From contig PFOW01000055.1 in the NCBI GenBank assembly GCA_002792735.1, positions 273-64,272 on the forward strand: a stretch of 64,000 nt of DNA, read 5' to 3'. Numbering within the stretch: the stretch's first letter is position 1; each line of letters begins with the position of its first letter. This document shows positions 47,615 through 57,734 of this stretch, one piece after another. The DNA comes from a bacterium CG_4_10_14_0_2_um_filter_33_32 (GTDB lineage: Bacteria > Patescibacteriota > CPR2_A > CG2-30-33-46). The notes below the pieces were generated by a model. It saw only the letters and a list, made by a program, of their open reading frames with translations. It ran no database searches and was not told the origin of the DNA. The position numbers and the translations under genes are program-made.

Positions 47615-48668
47615 CTAATTCGGAATATAATATCCACCTGCCCAACTCTCGTTTCCTGCCGTAATAAGAGTATTATAGTAATAATTATTTGCCCAGCCCT
47701 CAGTTACAGCCTTACTCCAGAATCTGTCTGTGTAAAAATTATCGGCAACACCTAATGGAATCATATAAGTCCAAAACGTCCATTTATATAAGTATGAATT
47801 ACCTATAGGAGGACCAGCTTCTCCAGACCAGTCTTCAGGCACTGCCTTATTCCACAAATAATACTCGTAATGATTTGCCCAAGTATATTGTTTGTTCACC
47901 TTGTCTTTGCTTTCAGTAAATATATCTTTAGGAGAAGCTGACTGCGGCCCAAATCCGGCCGGTACCATAGTTTCCCAAAAAACAGTCCTATAAGGATTCG
48001 ATGAATTAGCCATCCAGTTCTCCTGAATTGCCTTATCCCAAAGTTTTTTATAATAAAAACTATTAGCTGTAAATTCTGGGACTAAGTTATTCCAAAACTT
48101 ATTATAATAATAACTTTGAGCCGTCTGCTCAGGAACAGCTGTATTGAAAAAATATTGATAATAATGCTGATTTGCCCATAATTCCGGGATAGCTTTATTC
48201 CATAAATAATTTTTATAATGTTGCGTCCAATCGGGTAACTGAGCTGTACTTATATCTGTAAAAATTTTTACGTTTTTATCTGAAGCTGCTGCTGGCACTA
48301 AAGGAAAAAGAATAACTGATTGCCATCCCTGTTGGTACTGCCGTTGTAAAGAAATAATTATAATAGTACTGATTTGACCATAATTCCGGTACTGCCTTAT
48401 CCCAAAGCATTGAATAAACAGCATTATCGCTGGTAACAATATTTTCCCAGAACCAGGCTTGATAAGTTGGATTATTAGGCACTTCTTGATCCCACCAATA
48501 ATTCCAGCCTGTTGCGCCATATGGATTTGTTGCCGGATTAAGTTTAGCTTTTAATTCATTAGCGCTTTGAGGTGCCTGATTATTAACCTCCTTCGCGTAC
48601 ACTGGTTATATTTGAAGGAAAAAGAACACAAAAAAAAACACTAATAGCAAAAAATAGTGTTTTTCTCA
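47615..48668 (-). pseudogene. secreted Trp/Tyr-rich repeat protein disrupted by two +1 frameshifts
   Basis: Signal-peptide ORF MRKTLFFAISVFFCVLFPSNIT… (from ATG 48668) runs into a stop. The body continues in ORF 48276..48602 and then ORF 47615..48520 (from about residue 80). The ~20-aa repeats run W-N/D-K-A-V/I-P-E-x-W-A/S-N-Q-x-Y-Y-x-x-F. Shifts lie near 48595 and 48300-48320 (a T5 run). Confidence 0.55.
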
Positions 48669-48952
48669 TTTCGCCTCATTAATTACTTAGTTATTAAATT
48701 ATAGCATAAAATAAAAATCAGCAATAATGAAAAAATTCTTTATAGATTTCTTTTAAAATAATTTCTGGTAGCCACAATGCGCCACTCTTTAAACAATGTC
48801 GTCAAAATGCTTGAGCAGTTAAAAAATAATAAGCAAATAATGAAGGACTGAAATTCAGGATTTATTCGAAACCTGGAAAAATTAACACTTAATACTTAAA
48901 TATTTGTAAGTATTGAACTTATCTTTGTAAATGAATCCCCTATAATAAGAAT

Positions 48953-49207
48953 ATGTGCCCTTTTTGTCCTCACAATTTTGGTTTTGGATTTGGTTCAACA
49001 ACCTTCTGGATTGGAACTATCCTTAGTATTCTTTTTTGGATTGCCCTCATTTATTTTGTTTACTGGTTAATAAGACGCGCTGGTTGGCTTCAACGGCCAG
49101 AAGAAAAAAGCAAGGATAGAGCAATACAAATTCTTAATGAAAGATTTGCAAAAGGCGAAATTGATCGAAAAGAATATGAGGAACGCAAAAAAGAGCTTTT
49201 AAAATAA
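48953..49207 (+). CDS. SHOCT-domain small membrane protein
   Basis: N-terminal TM helix and C-terminal ILNERFAKGEIDRKEYEERKKELLK (SHOCT motif). Confidence 0.6.
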   Translation: MCPFCPHNFGFGFGSTTFWIGTILSILFWIALIYFVYWLIRRAGWLQRPEEKSKDRAIQILNERFAKGEIDRKEYEERKKELLK

Positions 49208-49270
49208 CCCTAGGGAATAAAACAAGTCTATATTTTATTTGTCTTTAACTTTTTTAGGCCTGTTTTATAA

Positions 49271-51496
49271 TTGAATTATAAAATGGAAAGCGAAATGAAT
49301 CACAAAGAACATGGTAAAAACCATAACCACTCGCAAAAGTCTAACCAGCACATGATGCCAAATGGAAAAATGATGGATAATAATAAAATGTCAGAAGAAG
49401 AACATCAACATCATCAAACACATGAAACAACAGCCCAGCAAGAACATAAACTCGACCATAAATCTAAAACAGCAGAAGAAGCAAACTCCCATGCACACTT
49501 AAACCATGGTCAACACATTAACAACTCTTCTGCTCCTTCGCACGGTAGACATACCGGACATACCGTAGAAGCTTTCAAAAAACGCTTTGTGATTTCGTTA
49601 ATTATCACTTTACCTGTTCTTATCTTAACGCCAGAAATTCAGAATTTTTTAGGCGTTAAAGATTTTATTATTTTCCCGAGTCAAAATCTTATAGCTTTTG
49701 TTTTTTCATCGATCATCTACTTTTACGGCGGTTATCCATTCCTCCATGGTCTTTATCGAGAACTAAAAGAAAAACTTCCTGGAATGATGACCCTTATTGG
49801 TGTAGCCATTACCACCGCCTATATTTATAGCACTGCTACCGTTTTTGGCCTTTCAGGCATGCCTTTCTTTTAGGAACTGGCTACCTTAATTGATATTATG
49901 CTACTTGGCCATTGGCTAGAAATGAAATCCATTCTTGGTGCCTCGAAAGCTTTAGAAGAATTAGCAAGGCTTATGCCTTCCGAAGCTCATAGAATCCAAC
50001 CTAACGGAAATATTACAGATATCCCTTTAGACCAATTAATTGTCGGAAATATGGTTTTGATCAAACCAGGAGAAAAGATCCCGACTGACGGCATTATCAT
50101 TGAAGGTAAGTCTTCAATAAACGAAGCCATGCTTACAGGAGAGTCAAAACCAGTCTTTAAAATTTCAGGAAACAAAGTTATTGGCGGTTCCATTAACAAC
50201 GAAGGCTCTTTAAAGGTTGAGGTCAAAAAAATGGGCAAAGACTCATTTTTATCCCAAGTAATAAATTTAGTACGTCAAGCTCAAGAAAGTAAATCCAAAA
50301 CCCAAGATATTTCTAATAAAGTGGCTTTTTGGCTAACAATCATTGCTCTTTCAGTTGGTGCTTTAACTTTCATAATTTGGAGTTTAATTTTAGGACAAAA
50401 TATTGCCTTTTCCTTAGAGAGAGCTGTTACTGTCATGGTTATCGCCTGCCCTCATGCTTTGGGCTTAGCTGTACCTTTAGTAGTAGCTATTTCAACTACT
50501 ATTGCGGCAAGAAACGGACTTTTAATCAGAGATAGAGTGGCTTTTGAGAATGCCCGCAATATCAACGCGATTATTTTTGACAAAACAGGTACGCTTACTC
50601 AAGGTAAGTTTGGCATTACCGATATTTTGGCCTTTAATGAAAACTTTAGTAAAGATGAGATATTAAAATATGCTGCCTCAGTTGAAACCCATTCTGAACA
50701 TCCAATCGCTAAAGGAATAACATTATCCGCAAAAGAAGTTTGGAAAGTAAAAAACTTTAAAAACATCCCGGGTGAAGGTGCCGAGAGTGTAGTGGAAAAC
50801 AAAGAAGTTAAAATTGTAAGCCCGGCTTATGCCAAAAAACAAAATTTTTCTTTTTCAGCTGATGAAATTGAAGAACTTGCTAGCCAAGGAAAAACTGTGG
50901 TTGCTTTAATAATCGAAAATAAAGTAGTTGGCGCTATTGCTCTGGCTGATATTGTAAGGCCTGAATCTAAAAAAGCCATCAAAGAACTAAAAAGCATGGG
51001 CATTAAAAGCATTATGCTAACTGGTGACAACAAACAAGTTGCTGAGTGGGTTTCCAAAGAATTGGGGTTAGATGATTATTTCGCGGAAGTTTTACCCGGG
51101 GAAAAAGCAGACAAGGTAAAAGAAGTCCAATCACGCGATATAACCGTTGCCATGACCGGCGATGGTGTAAATGATGCTCCGGCTCTAGCCCAAGCTGATG
51201 TTGGCATAGCTATTGGCTCAGGCACGGATGTGGCTGTTGAAACAGCCGATATTATTTTGGTCAGAAGTAATCCTCAAGATGTGGTGAATATCATTAAGCT
51301 TGCAAGGTCTACTTATTCTAAGATGGTTCAAAACCTAATTTGGGCTACCGGCTACAATACTTTTGCAATTCCCTTAGCTGCCGGTGTTTTATATGGTTAT
51401 GGAATTCTCTTAAGCCCGGCTTTAGGCGCGGTTTTTATGTCAGCAAGTACTATTATTGTGGCCATTAATGCCCGATTCCTTAGGCTTGGAAAATAA
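49271..51496 (+). pseudogene. copB: CopB-like heavy-metal (Cu) P1B-type ATPase with His-rich N-terminus, interrupted by an in-frame TAG at 49871-49873
   Basis: The two ORFs are in the same frame, separated only by TAG: …GMPFF*ELATLIDIMLLGHWLEMKS. The downstream part has CPH (CPHALGLAVP), DKTGTLT and GDGVNDAPAL. The N-terminus is His-rich (HKEHGKNHNHSQ…HQHHQTHE). Confidence 0.65.
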
Positions 51497-51593
51497 TCAG
51501 ATATAACCAATATTTATAATTCGACTCCTACTAGCAGTTCTTGTTCAAAATATAAAAAATGCCTTTGTACAGACATTTCACAATCTCACAAAT

Positions 51594-51668
51594 TGGTAGG
51601 GCTACGGGGAGTCGAACCCCGGTTGCCAGGATGAAAACCTGGTGTCCTAACCACTAGACGATAGCCCC
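51594..51668 (-). tRNA. tRNA-Glu (anticodon UUC), CCA encoded
   Basis: Minus strand GGGGCTATCGTCTAGTGGTTAGGACACCAGGTTTTCATCCTGGCAACCGGGGTTCGACTCCCCGTAGCCCTACCA. 7-bp acceptor stem (one G·U), anticodon loop TTTTCAT, TψC arm GGTTCGACTCC. Confidence 0.9.
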
Positions 51669-51707
51669 AAAATATACCTATTTATTTTAGCAGAATAAAA
51701 TTAATTT

Positions 51708-53525
51708 TCAAGACTTAAAGAAAACATCATAATAATCAAAGACAATTCTTCTCGCAGCTTCTGCTGACCAAAGCTGAATTTTATTCATATGTCCCTCAAC
51801 AACAAATCGTCTCTCACTATATAAAACAGGAGATTCTTTATAATCCACAAAAAGTTCAGGGAAAAGATTCAAATACCCAAATGAATACACTAAACTATCA
51901 AAAAGATATTTAATAGTCTTTTTGATTAATTCATTTGTTTCTTCTGAAAAGCCTTCTTTTCTATATTGATTTTTAAACCCCATACTGCATAAACCCATTT
52001 GCTTTAACCATATTACCTCTCCATGATACTGATTATGATTGTATCCCTCATTTTTACCGACGATTAAAGGCCCGATTTTGGTATAAAAATAATCATTGCT
52101 TAATATTCTTTCTGCTAAACTTTTAATATCCTCCTCATTAGAATTGTTGAAAATTAAATCATATGCTTCATCAGTGTGATTAATCTCCAGTTTTTTATAA
52201 TTATTTTTATTTTTAAAATCATAGATAGCTAAGGCATAAGCCGGCTTTCCGTCTTTATTTTTAAACTTGAATAATTCTTTTTTATTTTGCCAATCAGAAA
52301 CAATCTTTTTCAAATCTTTATCTTTGATATGCAAATTGTCAGCAAATTGCTCAATAATACGCAAAGCAGCCGGATAAAAAACAGCATTAGTGTCATAAGG
52401 AATAATATGGCTAGAAACCCCTAGATAAGCAGCTGATGAATCTCGCCAATTGCCTGCTTTAAAATTTCTAAAATGAGGGTTTTCTTCAAATTGTATTAAA
52501 TAATTTTCTCTGGCTTGGGTAATTATAAAAGAAGCTACTCTCTTTATTTTCTTAAACAAGGTTTCATTATTCAAAAAAATATCCGGATTTTGTCCAAAGA
52601 GAAGCATATACCGAGGTTCAATATCTACCATATCTCTATCGATATTAGGCACGTGACTTAAATTACATTTATAAGCAAACTCACCAACGCATCTTTCATG
52701 CCAACCTTCCCCTTCAACAGAAACATATTTTAATGATTGTTTAGCAATATAAAATAGCGCTTCTTTGCTAAAATCATTTAATCCTAAGAAAGCAGCCTCA
52801 GTCCAATCCCTTGGAAAAACCGTACCATAATCATAGCCGGAAGTTTTTTTATATTTTAATAAATGATCAACTTCTGCTTCTGCTCTATGCAAAATTGTTC
52901 TTGCTATGTCTCCCTCTATTCCAAATTTTTCAAAAAATATTTGCTTCCTTAAAAACGGATCAGCGAAAAATTCCTGTTTAAAAAATCTGCTGTCATAAAC
53001 TTTTATTTCAAAAGGTATCACAGGTTCGCTGCTAGATAGTATGAAATAATTATCTTTTCTTTCTACTTTTACTGTTGCACTTAAACGAAGCTCGCTTCCA
53101 TAAAACTCTTTTCCGAAATGTCTTTCAAAGTTTAAACGTTTTGTACCATCAATAACACTTTCATGAAATTTATTTGGAATAAGAACATCGGGAAATGCTT
53201 CTCTAATCTCAAAAAAGGTCTTGGCTTTTTCATCTTTTTTATAAACATATGTTCTTAAAGTCCTTATATCTCCCATAACAGGATAAAAAAACTGAACCTT
53301 AGAATCATAAAAATAGCCTTTGATAAAAAGTTCATTATTTCTGTAATAAACTTTTGTTATTTCATAATCACGGCTTTCCCCATTGATCATCCCAAAATAT
53401 AAATGATCACCGGGGCCAACCACTCTAATTTGACCCATGTGATCTACATCTATATAAAACTCTTTTTCTAGCCAAAGATTAGACGATAGTCTCATAAGGT
53501 TTATGAATAACCAAATTGGCTGCAC
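51708..53525 (-). CDS. hypothetical protein, possibly a six-hairpin glycoside hydrolase (GH15/GDE-like)
   Basis: 605 aa. YDYGTVFPRDWTEAAFLGL resembles the x-W-x-RD block of glucoamylase/GDE catalytic domains. It is next to a ROK glucokinase. Confidence 0.3.
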   Translation of the reverse strand: MQPIWLFINLMRLSSNLWLEKEFYIDVDHMGQIRVVGPGDHLYFGMINGESRDYEITKVYYRNNELFIKGYFYDSKVQFFYPVMGDIRTLRTYVYKKDEKAKTFFEIREAFPDVLIPNKFHESVIDGTKRLNFERHFGKEFYGSELRLSATVKVERKDNYFILSSSEPVIPFEIKVYDSRFFKQEFFADPFLRKQIFFEKFGIEGDIARTILHRAEAEVDHLLKYKKTSGYDYGTVFPRDWTEAAFLGLNDFSKEALFYIAKQSLKYVSVEGEGWHERCVGEFAYKCNLSHVPNIDRDMVDIEPRYMLLFGQNPDIFLNNETLFKKIKRVASFIITQARENYLIQFEENPHFRNFKAGNWRDSSAAYLGVSSHIIPYDTNAVFYPAALRIIEQFADNLHIKDKDLKKIVSDWQNKKELFKFKNKDGKPAYALAIYDFKNKNNYKKLEINHTDEAYDLIFNNSNEEDIKSLAERILSNDYFYTKIGPLIVGKNEGYNHNQYHGEVIWLKQMGLCSMGFKNQYRKEGFSEETNELIKKTIKYLFDSLVYSFGYLNLFPELFVDYKESPVLYSERRFVVEGHMNKIQLWSAEAARRIVFDYYDVFFKS

Positions 53526-54411
53526 CTATTAAACTTCCGTTATCGCCAAATTTGGTCCTTTTAAATTTTATACTAGGATTAAATGATCTTTTTTGAATTA
53601 TTTTAAGTACATCTTTTTTAAATAAAGGCCAGCTATTTAGAAAAAAGTTGCCATACATTACTATAACTTCTGGATCTAAAATATTTATAATATTAGATAA
53701 ACCTAAACCAAACCAAAATGATATATCTTTTAAAACAGATAGAGCTTTTTTATTGCCTTTTTGGGCTAATTTAATAATTTCTTTAGCACTAATCTGTTTT
53801 TTATATTTTTTGTAATATCTTTGTTCGGTCGATTTTGCAGAAGCAAAAGCCTCCCAACACCCAAAGTCACCCCTATTGCAAACCAACTCTTTATCATTGT
53901 CATTGATAAACATATGACCGATTTCTCCTGCTGTATAATTACTACCCCTCAATAAAAAGCCGTTTGATATAATACCGGCGCCTATACCGGTACTAACTGT
54001 TATAACAAGTCCATTTTTCTTTCCTTGCAAATTACCTACGTAAAGCTCGGCTAGAGCAGCGGAATTCAAATCATTCTCGATAAATACAGGCTTTTTAAAT
54101 TCTTTTCTAAATTCATTCAAAATATTGAAGTTTTTTGGAAAAGTAAAAGTTAACTTATTCCAGTTAACTTTACCCGTAGCTGGATTTACGCCTGGAGATG
54201 CAATAGCTATACCGATACCATCAACATCTCTATTTATATCAATAGCTAGATTGTTTGATTGAGCTCTAATACTATCTTTTATCTTTTTTATATCGACAAT
54301 ACTATGGGAATTATGAAAACTCTCCAAAGATAATATCCTGCTATCTTTATCAAAAATCGCAGTTCTTATATGTGTGCCGCCCATATCGATTGCAATGATA
54401 TATTTTTTCAT
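53479..54411 (-). CDS. ROK family sugar kinase (glucokinase-like)
   Basis: IIAIDMGGTHIRTAIF (N-terminal ATP-binding), GIGAGIISNG, and the ROK Cys/His motif (CNRGDFGCWE). Confidence 0.75.
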   Translation of the reverse strand: MKKYIIAIDMGGTHIRTAIFDKDSRILSLESFHNSHSIVDIKKIKDSIRAQSNNLAIDINRDVDGIGIAIASPGVNPATGKVNWNKLTFTFPKNFNILNEFRKEFKKPVFIENDLNSAALAELYVGNLQGKKNGLVITVSTGIGAGIISNGFLLRGSNYTAGEIGHMFINDNDKELVCNRGDFGCWEAFASAKSTEQRYYKKYKKQISAKEIIKLAQKGNKKALSVLKDISFWFGLGLSNIINILDPEVIVMYGNFFLNSWPLFKKDVLKIIQKRSFNPSIKFKRTKFGDNGSLIGAANLVIHKPYETIV

Positions 54412-54430
54412 TTTTTACTTCTTTGTCTTA

Positions 54431-54709
54431 TTACTTTTTTGATATATTATTATTTTCTTTCAATAAATTATTTTTCCTTCTCATTCTAATAAAATAGATA
54501 ATAAAACCAAACATAGCAACACTTCCAAATCCAACCAAATAATACATCACAAATATTCCATACTCAAAAACTTTACCATAAAAATTCATATTACTACCTA
54601 GTAATATAGCAAAAAAACTAATAGCTATAATGCCAAAAATAAAAAAACCGATACTCATTATAATCAGCAATTTTTTAAATAATTCTTGAAATTTTTGCTT
54701 AGGATCCAT
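54431..54709 (-). CDS. hypothetical small membrane protein
   Basis: 92 aa with two TM helices. Confidence 0.3.
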   Translation of the reverse strand: MDPKQKFQELFKKLLIIMSIGFFIFGIIAISFFAILLGSNMNFYGKVFEYGIFVMYYLVGFGSVAMFGFIIYFIRMRRKNNLLKENNNISKK

Positions 54710-54720
54710 AGTTAGCTAGA

Positions 54721-55680
54721 TTATTTTTTACCTTTATTGAGAAGATTTTTCCATCTTATATCTATATCCTTCTGAATATTATCTATAGTGCTTTGAGCAT
54801 CTTTATTTGAAAGATGGGAAAACCTTTTTTGAAGTTTAAGCCAATCGCTTATTGGTTTTCTATTTTGCGGTTTATAATTTACTTTATATTTACCGTTCTC
54901 AACTTCGTATAAAGGCCAAAAATTTGTCTCTACTGCTAACCTACCCATTTCTGGTGCTAAATCCGCAGGAAAACCCCAACCAAGTTGGCATGGCATTAAA
55001 ACATTCAAAAATTTCGGACCGGAAATCTCTGAAGCTTTTTCAACTTTAGAGATTAAATCCTCCGGAAATCCAACAGATGATTGAGCAACATATGGTATGT
55101 TATGCGCTACCATTATCTCAGTCAAATCTTTTGGAAATTGCTTCTTGCCTAATATTTTTTTACCGGCCGGACTAGTTGTAGTAGCACCGCCATAAGGTGT
55201 GGCGCTGGATCTTTGAATGCCGGTATTCATATAAGCTTCATTATTATAACAAACATATAGAAAGTCATGTCCTCGTTCTGCTGCACCGGAAAGAGACTGA
55301 AGACCGATATCATAAGTCCCGCCATCTCCTGCAAATACAATAAATTTTATTTTATCTTTTTTGCTGATCTTCCCATTTTTAAGCATTGTCTTATAAGCTG
55401 CTTCAACGCCGGAAATCGTAGCTGCTGCATTTTCAAAGGCATTATGAATCCATGGAGTCTTCCAAGAAGAATAAGGAAATATAGAAGTAGCAACTTCTAA
55501 ACATCCCGTAGCGTTAGCAATTATTACCTTATATTTTGAAGCAGCCATCATGACTTGCCGTGCAACAATAGCTGCCCCGCATCCAGCACAAAGCCTATGT
55601 CCACCTATAAATAACGAATCTCTTTTTGCGTATTCTTTAAAACTGAATTTTTTTAGTTTTTTCTTTTCAATTGTTTTCAT
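54721..55680 (-). CDS. porB: pyruvate:ferredoxin (2-oxoacid) oxidoreductase beta subunit
   Basis: TPP-binding GHRLCAGCGAAIVARQ and GDGGTYDIGLQSLSGA. Confidence 0.9.
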   Translation of the reverse strand: MKTIEKKKLKKFSFKEYAKRDSLFIGGHRLCAGCGAAIVARQVMMAASKYKVIIANATGCLEVATSIFPYSSWKTPWIHNAFENAAATISGVEAAYKTMLKNGKISKKDKIKFIVFAGDGGTYDIGLQSLSGAAERGHDFLYVCYNNEAYMNTGIQRSSATPYGGATTTSPAGKKILGKKQFPKDLTEIMVAHNIPYVAQSSVGFPEDLISKVEKASEISGPKFLNVLMPCQLGWGFPADLAPEMGRLAVETNFWPLYEVENGKYKVNYKPQNRKPISDWLKLQKRFSHLSNKDAQSTIDNIQKDIDIRWKNLLNKGKK

Positions 55681-55692
55681 TATAAATAATAT

Positions 55693-56862
55693 TTATTCCC
55701 TAACTCCTAAATAATTTATTTCATTTTCATTATTTTTTAATTGACTGAACGCTTGCTCTAATTGTTCAATTCTTGTATCCCTGCCACCCAATCCGTAAAT
55801 ATAATTTAAAACCTTTCCTCGACAATTTCCGTATAATGCGGCCTTAACTTCAGAATACACTGGTCCGCCTATGCCGGAAACCGCATCAGCTTTATCAAAA
55901 ACAGCGACGACTTTAAGATGCTTTATGGCATTCATTATTTCTTTGTCTGGAAATGGTCTAAAAAGCCTAATTCTTAAAAGACCAATTTTATAGCCTTTTT
56001 TTCTTAAGTTATCTATGGCTGTTTTAGCAGTTTCTGCTGTGGAGCCTAAAACTACAATTCCATAATCTGCATCTTTTAATTTATATTCCTCAACAAGATC
56101 ATATTTCCTACCGGATAAATTAAAAAATTCCTTTTGAACTTTTTTAAGCTCAAAATTAGCTTCTCTCATAGCCTCTATTTGCTGTCTTTTATGCTCATAA
56201 AAGAAATCTGGCAAATCAAGAGAGCCAATAGTTTTAGGATTTTCAAAATCGAAAAGAGAATATTCCGGTTTGCGCTGGCCAATAAATTTTTTTATTCTAT
56301 CATCTGAAATAGAATAAAATGCCTCCATACAGTGACTTAGAATAAAACCATCCGTAGTTACCATTGCAGGTAAGTTTACTTTTTCTGCTAGCTTAAGGGC
56401 TATAAACATAGAATCATAAGCTTCCTGAACAGTTGATGTAAAAATTTGAATCCAGCCTGTGTCTCTTGCGCCCATTGTATCTGACTGGTCGCCATGTATA
56501 TTTAACGGAGCAGATAAAGCACGATTTACTTCTGCCATCACAATGGGGAATCTTAACCCCGAAGCAATATTCAAAATCTCTTGCATCAAAACTAAACCTT
56601 GTGAAGATGTTGCAGTCATAACCCTAGCACCTGCTGCCGATGCGCCAATGCAGGCACTCATTGCTGAATGCTCACTCTCTACTGGAATAAATTCTGTTTT
56701 AACCTCTCCGTCTGCAACATATTGAGAAAAAATCTCAACAACTTGGGTTGCCGGAGTAATAGGATAGGCCGCAACAACATCAGGCTCGATTTGTTTCATT
56801 GCTAAAGCCTGAGCTTCATTGGCTGTTAATGCTTTTAAATTTTTATCTTTTATAATACTCAT
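55693..56862 (-). CDS. porA: pyruvate:ferredoxin oxidoreductase alpha subunit
   Basis: 389 aa matching the PorA N-terminal pyrimidine-binding region, upstream of porB. Confidence 0.85.
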   Translation of the reverse strand: MSIIKDKNLKALTANEAQALAMKQIEPDVVAAYPITPATQVVEIFSQYVADGEVKTEFIPVESEHSAMSACIGASAAGARVMTATSSQGLVLMQEILNIASGLRFPIVMAEVNRALSAPLNIHGDQSDTMGARDTGWIQIFTSTVQEAYDSMFIALKLAEKVNLPAMVTTDGFILSHCMEAFYSISDDRIKKFIGQRKPEYSLFDFENPKTIGSLDLPDFFYEHKRQQIEAMREANFELKKVQKEFFNLSGRKYDLVEEYKLKDADYGIVVLGSTAETAKTAIDNLRKKGYKIGLLRIRLFRPFPDKEIMNAIKHLKVVAVFDKADAVSGIGGPVYSEVKAALYGNCRGKVLNYIYGLGGRDTRIEQLEQAFSQLKNNENEINYLGVRE

Positions 56863-57161
56863 TATTTTATTTCTTTAACCATATCAATGGCTTTATTGGG
56901 ACATTCTTTAGCACAAATGCCACAGCCTTTGCAATGCAGATAATTAATCCCGATGATTTTGTTATTTTTTGTGATAAAGGCCGCTTCCGGACAATAGCCC
57001 CAACAAGTAAAACACTGTTTACATTTTTTAGAATTAATTACTGGCCTTTCTTGTCTCCAGTCGCCGGTTAAAAAATCTTTTGCAGAACCGCCTTCTGAAA
57101 CCCCGCCTATTTTTAATTCTTTCCAGCCTGGAATATTATTTTTTTGTTTTTTGATTGTCAT
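56862..57161 (-). CDS. porD: pyruvate:ferredoxin oxidoreductase delta subunit (2x[4Fe-4S] ferredoxin)
   Basis: CKQCFTCWGYCPE and CKGCGICAKECP cluster motifs. Confidence 0.85.
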   Translation of the reverse strand: MTIKKQKNNIPGWKELKIGGVSEGGSAKDFLTGDWRQERPVINSKKCKQCFTCWGYCPEAAFITKNNKIIGINYLHCKGCGICAKECPNKAIDMVKEIK

Positions 57162-57165
57162 ATTT

Positions 57166-57729
57166 TTAACTTAATTTATATGCTTGCTCAATTGCTTTTA
57201 AATTTTTTTTAATATATTCGGACTTTTTTCTAAATTTTATCAAAAGCCTTGTCTTTAATCCTTTTTGAAGTTCTTTAAATTCTAAATCTAAAGCTTTAAC
57301 AAGCGCTCCGAGCATTACAGTGTTTGGAATATTTTTGCCTAATATATCTAATGAAATCTTAGAGGCCGGAACAGTTATTATCTTATTGTTAACCCCTAAA
57401 TTACTTTTAATTTCCTGTACTTTTTTTTCGGTATTAATAATAATAACTCCATCTTCCTTTATACCAACAATTGTATTTGGATTTTTTAATAAAGTGGGAT
57501 CTAAAACAATAACCATATCAGGGCTTGTAACCGCAGAATAATTTCTTATGGGTTTATTTGAAATACGATTATAAGCTCTTATTGGCGCGCCTGTTCTTTC
57601 CGGACCATAATCAGGAAAGGCTTGTATATATTTTCCCAACTCAAGCATTGCTTCTGCAAAAAGAAGAGAAGCAGTCTTTGCTCCTTGTCCACCTCTTGCA
57701 TGCCATCTGATTTCAATTGTATTTTTCAT
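57166..57729 (-). CDS. porG: pyruvate:ferredoxin oxidoreductase gamma subunit
   Basis: 187 aa. IEIRWHARGGQGAKTASLLFAEA is the typical PorG N-terminus. Confidence 0.85.
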   Translation of the reverse strand: MKNTIEIRWHARGGQGAKTASLLFAEAMLELGKYIQAFPDYGPERTGAPIRAYNRISNKPIRNYSAVTSPDMVIVLDPTLLKNPNTIVGIKEDGVIIINTEKKVQEIKSNLGVNNKIITVPASKISLDILGKNIPNTVMLGALVKALDLEFKELQKGLKTRLLIKFRKKSEYIKKNLKAIEQAYKLS

Positions 57730-57734
57730 TAAAT

